A DNA stretch of 64,000 nt from Macrostomum hystrix (Eukaryota > Animalia > Platyhelminthes). The translations under genes and the position numbers were made by a program. The first letter of the stretch is position 1, and the number at the start of each line of letters is the position of its first letter. The stretch lies in NCBI GenBank assembly GCA_950097015.1, contig CATNEN010000031.1, forward strand, positions 1,922,001 through 1,986,000, given 5' to 3'. The notes below the pieces were generated by a model. That model made no database searches. It was not told the DNA's origin and saw nothing but the letters and a program-made list of their open reading frames with translations. Positions 46,493 to 56,296 of this stretch are shown here, one piece after another.

Positions 46493-49236
46493 TCCTACTA
46501 TACTAAATTCCTACTATACTAAATGTCTAAGATCTGTCCATCTGAAATGCTCTAGCGATTGAATGGCTAGACCAATTTTTTTCCTGTTTTCACCAAAAAG
46601 TGCCAATTCATCCAAGGATTAGACTGATCAAATTTAATCATTCTGTCTCAATTCCAAGGGTATTAAATATTCGAAAAACGAGTTTTCCTATTGCTTTCAA
46701 TAGGAGGCCAAACAAGGTTAAATTAGAATAGGGCCGGACACTGTCAGTTTTATTAGATTGCATCGGTGCTTTTTCTCGCCCGCGCGTGCATTGGTATAGC
46801 ACTGAACAGGGCCCGATACTCTCAATTGAATAGGATTGCGTCACTGCTTTTCGACCCCTACGTACGTTTATAAATTTGTCTCTTGGCTGATCGAGTGATT
46901 TGATTTGAATACGCAAAACGTACATAGCAGATTTCATGATTGGGCTTTTATGATGCTCAATGCTAGCGAGACCTCTCCTCCTCCTTTCTATCCATAAAAC
47001 TGCAGCCTTTCTATTGTCAAACCTTGTCTCGACTTCGATCATTGTGCCGCTTTCTTTTCATCTAGCTCCGAAGTAAAGTACTTTAATGCTTTTGTAGAAT
47101 GCAGGTAGAATTTCAGCATCGGTTTTGTTACTGCTTCTTTTTCTTCTAATCTTCTAAACATCAGCAGTTAAAAACGTAAGTTCCTATTTATTAGTACTTT
47201 TTGGGCATTTTTGGTTCGAGTATAAATAGTAAGCGATTTTGGTTAGCTACTGTCGAAGCAGATATTTGTTAGCTTTATTATTCCTGTACTCCCTTTCAGA
47301 AAATAGTATAAGTTTTTTCGAGTATCGGGAATTCGATAATAAAACTAAGGAAATATTTTTGTGCATAGCTGCAGGCGATATCACAATTGAGAACTGCAAG
47401 AAAAAAATATTGAGCGCAGCTAAGAGCGTAAATTATTTCAAATTTTTTTAGCATTGTTTTAAGCGTTATTCGATCAAAAAAACAGCTCATTTAATAATAA
47501 TAATTATAAAACTTTATTCGACGAACACTGATCGAAACCGTTTTCTAAAGTGCTCAACGATTTTCTAAATGTGTCCAACGATTTTCTAAATGTGTTTAAC
47601 AGTTTTCTAAATGTATCTACCGGGCCACATGTAACAGGAGATGTAACAGGAGATATTTGTTGCCTTCTGGGCTGAGTAAAATGATGGACACATCGTTTCT
47701 ATGCTATTTGGGGGCAATGGTTTCCTGTCAAAGAAAAAGGGCAAACATTTCTTGCTGCGAGTTTGGTAGCCTGCAAGTAGCCTCCATTCTGGTATTATGG
47801 AGGTTCTCTTCTGTTTGGAGAACATTAGTTCTCTGCTGCTGGGGGAATTAGTTCTCTGCTGCTGGGGGGAATTAGTTCTCTGCTGCTGGGGGAATTAGTT
47901 CTCTGCTGCTGGGGGAATTAGTTCTCTGCTGCTGGGGGAATTAGTTCTCTGCTGCTGGGGGAATTAGTTCTCTGCTGCTGGGGGAATTAGTTCTCTGCTG
48001 CTGGGGGAATTAGTTCTCTGCTGCTGGGGGAATTAGTTCTCTGCTGCTCGGGAAATTAGTTCTCTGCTGCTGGGGAAATTAGTTCTCTGCTGCTGGAGGG
48101 GAATTAGTTCTCATGGCAAAACCAGCGTTTGAATCATGGCTAAACCAGAGTCTGAATCATGGCAGAGTCTGAATCAAGGCTAAACCAGAGTCTGAATCAT
48201 GGCTAAACCAGAGTCTGAATCATGGCTAAATTTAAGTTTGAATCATGGCAAAACCAGAGTTTGAATCATGGCTAAATGAGAGTTTGAATCATGGCTAAAC
48301 CAGAGTTTGAATCATGGCTAAACCAGAGTTTGAATCATGGCTAAACCAGAGTTTGAATCATGGCAAAATCAGAGTTTGAATCATGGCAAAACCAGAACTG
48401 GGGGATAATCGTCAACTGTGGGATAATTGTAAACTGGGGAATCATCATCAAATGGGGGATCATGGTCAACTGGGGATCATTGTCAAATGGGGATCATTAT
48501 CATTTGGGAGTCATCATCAAATGGGGGATCATGGTCAACTGGGGAATCATTGTCAACTGTGGGATCATTGTAAACTGGGGGATCAATGTCAACTGGGGGA
48601 TCATTGTCAACTGGGTGATCATCATCAACTGGGGGATCATCATCATCTGGGGGATCATTGTGAACTAGGGGATCATTGTCAACTGGGGGATCATTGTCAA
48701 CTGTGGGATCATTGTCAACTGGTTGATCATCATCAACTGGGGAATCATTGTCGACTGGGGGATCATTGTCGACTGGGGGATCATTGTCAACTGGGGGATC
48801 ATGGTCAACTGGGCATCATCATCAATGGGGAGTCATCATCAACTGGGTGATCATCATTAACTGGGGGTTCATTGTCAACTGGGGAATAATTGTCAACTGG
48901 GGGATCATTGTCAACTGGGGATCATCATCAATAGGGAGTCATCATCAACTGGGGGATCATTGTCAACTGGGGAATCATTGTCAACTGGGGGAACATTGTC
49001 AACTGGGGATCATTGTTGACTGGGGAATCATTGTCGACTGGGGAATCATTGTCAACTGGGGGATCATTGTCAACTAGGGGATCATCATCAACTGGGGTAT
49101 TATTGGCAACTGGGTGATCATGGTCAGCTGGGGGATCATTGCAGCTTTAAAAAAGCTGAAACTACAGCTGCTAAAAGGTATATACTGGACGAATTAAAAA
49201 TATTTCTGCTCCCCGAAGGGGGGCAAAACTTGCTAG
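46493..49236 (+). mobile_element. Chimeric Helitron: family C 5' end and body (46493-48112) fused to the 3' half of family B
   Basis: TCCTACTATACTAAAT x2 then GTCTAAGATCTGTCCATCTG...; unique body; its own 23-bp repeat; then short sat23, sat18 and the B-type 3' end (CTAG 49233-49236). Confidence 0.72.
47828..48112. repeat. Minisatellite, 23-bp unit TTAGTTCTCTGCTGCTGGGGGAA, ~12 copies
   Basis: Tandem periodicity. Confidence 0.96.
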
Positions 49237-49564
49237 TCTAATATACTAAAAATGAAAATCTTGCTTGCTTGCTTGTAATTGATTTTCTCCCGAGCGGCTC
49301 AACCGATTTTCACAATTTCTTCACCAAAAGATGCCAAATATGGGGACACATATACACGTATTTTTATTAAGCTTAATTCCATTGCCAAGGGGATTAAATA
49401 TTCGAAAAACAGTTTTAAATAGGCTTTTCTAATGCATTCTTGTTTTCAGCTTGTGCACAGTGAGGCCTCCAGTGCCAAATTTAATGATTGCATCAGAGCC
49501 AGTTTTGATAACGAACTGATAAGAACTCCAGTGAGGCTACCCAGAGGGTAGCGAAGGCAGCTAG
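49237..49564 (+). mobile_element. Short (328 bp) Helitron with a B-like 5' end and a different 3' hairpin
   Basis: 5' TCTAATATACTAAAAATG(CTTG)n...; 3' GCTACCC-AGA-GGGTAGC hairpin, then GAAGGCAG, then CTAG (49561-49564). Confidence 0.75.
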
Positions 49565-52500
49565 TCCACTATACTAAAAATGAAATGGTTGCTTGGTTGG
49601 TTGCTTGCTTGCTTGCTTGTAATTGATTTTCTTCCGAACGGCTCAACCGATTTTCACCATTTCTTCACCAAAAGATGCCAAATATGGGGACAATTATACA
49701 CGTATTTTTATTAAGCTTAAATTTATTGCTAAGGGGATTAAATATTCGAAAAACATGACCTTTTTCAAAGGTCAAACCATCTTGGCCTATTGAGAATTTT
49801 ACTCACTGCCGCTGAATTGGAATTGCATCGTCAAATTGCGCAACACCCCCTCGCCGACTGAGTTAGAAGCCTGCACTCTGGAGACAAATTGGAAATAAAT
49901 GTACACAACCAACCGCGAGACTGAGTGTACTCTATTTTCTTACTTCATTGTACAAAGCCAGAACTTTGAGAATTCATTTTATAAGGAATTCATTTTTAGA
50001 TGCCAAATATGGGGACAATTATACACGTATTTTTATTAAGCTTAAATTTATTGCTAAGGGGATTAAATATTCGAAAAACATGACCTTTTTCAAAGGTCAA
50101 ACCATCTTGGCCTATTGAGAATTTTACTCACTGCCGCTGAATTGGAATTGCATCGTCAAATTGCGCAACACCCCCTCGCCGACTGAGTTAGAAGCCTGCA
50201 CTCTGGAGACAAATTGGAAATAAATGTACACAACCAACCGCGAGACTGAGTGTACTCTATTTTCTTACTTCATTGTACAAAGCCAGAACTTTGAGAATTC
50301 ATTTTATAAGGCTGATTTCTGCACCCACTAACCAACAGTCGGAATAGCCGATGTGTAGGCACTAGGAATAGGTTAGGCTAGGCTAGGGTTCGATTCTGCA
50401 CTGCGTCAAATCATTTGGACTAACTTTCAGCCAGTAGTGATTGAAGATTATTTTAATTTGTTTTTTTCATTTCGTCAATAAAATATCATAAATCATAGCA
50501 CACCCGCTAAACCAGAGTTTGAATCATGGCTAAACCAGAGTTTGAATCATGGCTAAACCAGAGTCTGAATCATGGCTAAACCAGAGTTTGAATCATGTCT
50601 AAACCATCGTTTGAATCATGGCTAAACCAGAGTCTGAATCATGGCTAAACCAGAGTTTGAATCATGGCTAAACCAGAGTCTGAATCATGGCTAAACCAGA
50701 GTCTGAATCATGGCTACACCAGAGTCTGAATCATGGCTAAACCAGAGTCTGAATCATGGCTAAACCAGAGTCTGAATCATGGCTAAAGCAGAGTTTGAAT
50801 CATGGCTAATCCAGAGTCTGAATCATGGCTAAACCAGAGTCTGAATCATGGCTAAACCAGAGTCTGAATCATGGCTACACCAGAGTCTGAATCATGGCTA
50901 AACCAGAGTCTGAATCATGGCTAAACCAGAGTCTGAATCATGGCTAAACCAGAGTCTGAATCATGGCTAAACCAGAGTTTGAATCATGGCTAAACCAGAG
51001 TCTGAATCATGGCTTAACCAGAGTCTGAATCATGGCTAAACCAGAGTTTGAATCATGGCTAAACCAGAGCTTGAATCATGGCAAAACTGGAGTCTGAATC
51101 ATGGCTAAACCAGAGTCTGAATCATGGCTAAACCAGAGCTTGAATCATGGCAAAACTGGAGTCTGAATCATGGCTAAACCAGAGTCTGAATCATGGCTAA
51201 ACCAGAGTCTGAATCATGGCTAAACCAGAGTTTGAATCATGGCTAAACCAGAGTCTGAATCATGGCTAAACCATAGTTTAAATCATGGCTAAACCAGCGT
51301 TTGAATCATGGCTAAACTAACGTTTGAATCATGGCTAACCTAGAGTCTGAATCATGGCTAAAGCAGAGTTTGAATCATGGCTAAACCAGAGTTTGAATCA
51401 TGGCAAAACCAGAGCTTGAATCATGGCAAAACCAGCGTTTGAATCATGGCTAAACCAGCGTTTGAATCATGGCAAAACCAGAGTTTGAATCATAGTCAAC
51501 CGGAGTCTGAATCATGGCTAAACCAGAGTTTGAATCATGGCTAAACCAGAGTTTGAATCATGGCTAAAAACCAGAGTTTGAATCATAGCCAACCAGAGTT
51601 TGAATCATGGCTAAACCAGAGTTTCAATCATGGCTAACCCAGCGTTTGAATCATGGCTAAACCAGAGCTTGAATCATGGCTAAACCAGAGTTTAAATCAT
51701 GGCTAAACCAGAGCTTGAATCATGGCTAAACCAGAGTTTGAATCATGGATAAACCAGAGCTTAAATCATGGCTAAACCGGAGTTTGAATCATGGCTAAAC
51801 CAGAGTCTGAATCATGGCAAAACCAGAGTTTGAATCATGGCTAAACCAGAGCTTGAATCATGGCTAAACCAGAGTTTGAATCATGGCTAAACCAGAGTTT
51901 GAATCTTGGCTAGACCAGAGTTTGAATCATAGCAAAACCAGAGTTTGAATCATTGCTTAACCAGAGTTTTAATCATGGCTAACCCAGCGTTTGAATCATG
52001 GCTAAACCAGAGCTTGAATCATGGCTAAACCAGAGTTTCAATCATGGCTAAACCAGAGCTTGAATCATGGTTAAACCAGAGCTTGAATCATGGCAAAACC
52101 AGAGTTTGAATCATAGCTAACCAGAGTTTGAATCATAGTCAACCAGAGTCTGAATCATGGCAAAACGAGAGTTTGAATCATAGCCCACCAGGGTTTAAAA
52201 CATGGCAAAATCTGAGTTTGAATCTTGGCTTACCCAGCGTTTGAAAAATCAACGTCAACTGGGGAGTCATCATCAAAATGGGGATCATGGTAAACTGGGG
52301 GATAATCGTCAACTGGGGGATCATGGTAAACTGGGGGATAATTGTCAACTGGGGAATCATCATCAAATGGGGGATCATGGTCAACTGTGGGATCATTGTC
52401 AACTGGGGGATCATTGTCAACTGGGGGATCATTGTGAACTGAGGGATCATTGTCAACTGGGGGATCATTGTCAACTGGGGGATCATTGTGAACTGAGGGA

Positions 52501-53680
52501 TCATTGTCAACTAGGGGGTAATGGTCAACTGGGGGATAATTTTCAACTGGGGAATCATCATCAAATGGGGGATCATGGTCAACTTGGGGATCATTGTCAA
52601 CTGGGTGATCATCATCAACTGGGGATCATCATCAACTGGGGGATCATCATCAACTGGGGGTTCATTGTCAACTGTGGGATCATTGTCAACCGGCGGGATC
52701 ATTGTCAACTGGGGGATCATTGTCAACTGGGGGATCATTGTCAACTGGGGGGTAATGTTCAACTGGGGGATAATTGTCAACTGGGGAATCATCATCAAAT
52801 GGGGGGATCATGGTCAACTTGGGGATCATTGTCAACTGGGTGATCATCATCAACTGGGGGATCATCATCAACTGGGGGATCGTTGTCAACTGGGCGTTCA
52901 TTGTCAACTGTGGGATCATTGTCAACTGGGGGATCATTGTCAACTCGGGGATCATTGTCAACTGGTGGATCGTTGTCAACTGGGGGTTCATTGTCAACTG
53001 GGTGATCATCATCAACTGGGGGATCATTGTCAATTGGGGGAACATTGTCAACTGGAAGAACATTGTTAACTGGGGATCGTCATCAATGGGGAGTCATCAT
53101 CAACTGGGGGATCATTGTGAACTGGAGGATCTTTGTCAACTGGGGAATCATTGTCAACTGGGGGATCATTGTCAACTGGGGGATCATTGTCAACTGGGGG
53201 ATCGTTGTCAACTGGGGGTTCATTGTCAACTGGGGGATCATTGTCAACTGGGGGATCATTGTCAACTGGGGGATCGTTGTCAACTGGGGGTTCATTGTCA
53301 ACTGGGGGATCATTGTCAACTGGGGGATCATTGTCAACTGGGGGATCGTCATCAACTGGGGGATCATTGTCAACTGGGGGTTCATTGTCAACTGTGGGAT
53401 CATTGTCAACGGGCGGGATCATTGTCAACTGGGAGATCATCATCAACGGGGGGATTATCATCAAATGGGGGATCATTGTCAACTGTGGGATCATTGTCAA
53501 CTGGGGGATCATTGTCAACTGGGGTATTATTGTCAACTGGGGGTTCATTGTCAACTGGGGGATCATTGTCAACTGGGGGATCATTGTAGCTTTAAAAAGC
53601 TGTAAATTCAGCTGCTGAAAAGTATATACTAGACGAATTAAAAGTATTTCTGCTCCCCGAAGGGGGGCAAAACTTGCTAG
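49565..53680 (+). mobile_element. Non-autonomous Helitron family B, last copy, with an internal 325-bp tandem duplication
   Basis: 5' TCCACTATACT at 49565; duplicated block starting at 49673 and 49998; sat23, sat18, hairpin, CTAG 53677-53680. Confidence 0.85.
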
Positions 53681-54489
53681 TAAGTAGTCTAATGCGCAAC
53701 CGATTACTATATACGAGCTATCTCAGTTTGGTCAAAAGCTGAATTTTTTTAACTTTATTTACTTATCTCTGATTGGCTGGTGTTTTCAAAGCACCACCCC
53801 GCAAAAAAGGCAGCAACCTCACGCCAGTGCTTGTACACAGCGAAGTACATTCCAATTGATTTTTTACACTAAAAATAGCCAACATTTTTATCAGAACCCC
53901 AAAAAGACTGTAAATCCACGAGTACAAATATCTTCAATCCCAAATATATTACTGGATAGGATTGAAAAATTTTAACAACTGGGAGAAATTCTAGAATATA
54001 ACATGCCTAATTACTGCCTTCATTAGTAGAATGGCATGAAGTCACTCTTTGATCATGAAGCCTGTGCAAAACGTTGCGATTTCGAGAATTATTTTACAAA
54101 CGCTTTTGATTCCATGACGATATGCCTTTTAATATAGACGTTTACAGAACTATTAATAGCGCTTATTAATTACACGGTAACAATTTCAGATATTCAACTC
54201 CAATACTGGTTTCACCGATACTGGAAAGCCGACAAAAATACCATTGATTAAATTAAAAAATGGTCAATGTGAATTGAGAACATCTATGATTATACCATTA
54301 TTGCATATTATTGCATTTTTACCGTGGATTAGTATAATATGTTTAGCATGCAGTCAATAACCCATCCCAAGACACCTAGAGTAATATTTTAACAAATATA
54401 ATATTTATTAACTCAAACACCGAAGAGAAAATGATTGCAAATGTGTAAATAACTTTCCTGTACTGCTTTTAGATAGATAATGCTTTCTT

Positions 54490-55400
54490 GCTTTCATTCT
54501 TCCCCTTCTCCTCCCCTCACCCTCCATTCTTCCCCTTCTCCTCCTCTCACCCTCCATTCTTCCCCTTCTCCTCCTCTCACCTCATTTCTTCCCCTTCACC
54601 TCTCTCACCCACATTCCTCCACTTCTCCTCTCACCTACATTCCTCCACTCCACTTCTCCTCTCACCCACATTCCTCCACTTCTCCTCTCACCCACATTCC
54701 TCCACTTCTCCTCTCACCCACATTCCTCCACTTCTCCTCTCACCCACATTCCTCCACTTCTCCTCTCACCCACATTCCTCCACTTCTCCTCTCACCCACA
54801 TTCCTCCACTTCTCCTCTCACCCACATTCCTCCACTTCTCCTCTCACCCACATTCCTCCACTTCTCCTCTCACCCACATTCCTCCACTTCTCCTCTCACC
54901 CACATTCCTCCACTTCTCCTCTCACCCACATTCCTCCACTTCTCCTCTAACCCACATTCCTCCACTTCTCCTCTCACCCACATTCCTCCACTTCTCCTCT
55001 CACCCACATTCCTCCACTTCTCCTCTCACCCACATTCCTCCACTTCTCCTCTCACCCACATTCCTCCACTTCTCCTCTCACCCACATTCCTCCACTTCTC
55101 CTCTCACCCACATTCCTCCACTTCTCCTCTCACCCACATTCCTCCACTTCTCCTCTCACCCACATTCCTCCACTTCTCCTCTCACCTACATTCCTCCACT
55201 TCTCCTCTCACCTACATTCCTCCACTTCTCCTCTCACCTACATTCCTCCACTTCTCCTCTCACCTACATTCCTCCACTTCTCCTCTCACCCACATTCCTC
55301 CACTTCTCCTCCTCTCACCATCCGTTCTCCCCCTTCTTCTCCTCTCACCTCTGTTCTTCCCCTTCTCCTCCTCTCACCCCCATTCCTCCCCTTCTCGTCC
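54490..55400. repeat. CT-rich minisatellite, core 26-bp unit CACATTCCTCCACTTCTCCTCTCACC (~27 copies) with degenerate flanks
   Basis: Tandem periodicity. Confidence 0.96.
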
Positions 55401-55811
55401 CATCTTTTCATTTTCCTTTTCTCTCATCTGCAGTTGTGAGCATTCTGATATTTTCCATGAAATTGAGTAGCAGTAGTAAGTCACCAGTACGCTCATATAT
55501 GTATGTATGTTATGCTCATATAACTGATTAAGGAAAAATATCAACCTCCATGAACAACAGGTCAAAATCACCAGCTAAAAAGAGGAGCAATTAAAATGAC
55601 ATCGGAATTTACCTGCGGCCGAATTAGATAAGGATTGTATTTTCCAAATTTGCTGAATTCGATATAAACTCTAGACTGCAGATAAGGCATGATTTTGGGC
55701 CGTGTGTGACTTTTTTGATGAATTTTACACCAGAAAGCAATGCGCGCTTTTACTACTAAAAACAGGCGTACAAACAAGTAGTATAATAGTACATACGAGC
55801 TAAATACCGAC

Positions 55812-55995
55812 CTGTCTGGAGCAGGGGCTGTTCAAACGGCGGACGTAGTACTGCTCGTCCGGGCCGTAGTCGGGCGGGCAGCGGTCCGAGGTTGGGCTGA
55901 GATTTCTCCGGCTGGCGCAGGAAATTCGCTGCACCTCGGTGAGAATGTTCGACTTGCGCTCCAGCTGCAGCACGTAGTGATCCGGGATTGGCTGC
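55812..55995 (-). CDS. Exon of the Cys-rich/Ig-like gene: (R)QPIPDHYVLQLERKSNILTEVQRISCASRR...CPPDYGPDEQYYVRRLNSPCSRQ; the 5' boundary may lie at any of 8 repeated acceptors up to 56268
   Basis: Acceptor CTCCGCAG|55995 is phase 2 (matches the 59902 donor). Donor CAG|GTCGGT at 55811 is phase 0 (matches exon 37874). Confidence 0.8.
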
Positions 55996-56296
55996 CTGCG
56001 GAGCCAGGATTGGGGAGGATCCGGGATTGGCTGCCTGCGGAGCCAGGGTTGGGGAGGATCCGGGATTGGCTGCCTGCGGAGCCAGGGTTGGGGAGGATCC
56101 GGGATTGGCTGCCTGCGGAGCCAGGGTTGGGGAGGATCCGGGATTGGCTGCCTGCGGAGCCAGGGTTGGGGAGGATCCGGGATTGGCTGCCTGCGGAGCC
56201 AGGGTTGGGGAGGATCCGGGATTGGCTGCCTGCGGAGCCAGGGTTGGGGAGGATCCGGGATTGGCTGCCTGCGGAGCCAGGGTTGGGGAGGATCCC
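55977..56296. repeat. Minisatellite, 39-bp unit (minus strand TCCCCAACCCTGGCTCCGCAG|GCAGCCAATCCCGGATCC), 8 copies spanning a splice acceptor
   Basis: Period 39; AG dinucleotides end at 55996, 56035 ... 56269. Confidence 0.97.

Larger units (their letters stand above)
37955..53680 (+). mobile_element. Composite head-to-tail Helitron array (15.7 kb) inside the 37875-55811 intron
   Basis: Begins A|TC (37955) and ends with a hairpin plus CTAG|T (53677-53680). Internal CTAG|TC junctions at 42703/4, 46492/3, 49236/7, 49564/5. The repeated 3' end is GCTCCCCGAAGGGGGGC-AAAACTTG-CTAG. A|T target, 5' TC and 3' hairpin-CTRR are the established Helitron hallmarks. Confidence 0.88.

Noticed and set aside
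19164-50410. tRNA genes at the B-box motifs (19220, 28114, 38566, 39610 and others)
   Set aside because: No complete cloverleaf or acceptor stem could be folded. They sit in SINE- or Helitron-type repeats.
41185-53618. Many long ORFs on both strands (LGDHCQ, WGIIVN, TGGSLS, MIPQLT, VDNDPP repeats), some resembling His/Cys metal-binding proteins
   Set aside because: They are translations of the 18-bp satellite, whose unit is six codons and lacks stops in most frames. They are open on both strands, have no splice signals and lie inside Helitron copies.
39119-53680. The repeated 3.5-4 kb units as an assembly artefact or simple segmental duplication
   Set aside because: Copies differ by many substitutions, microsatellite type, array length and internal structure, and their breakpoints coincide exactly with Helitron termini. 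Long reads would settle it.
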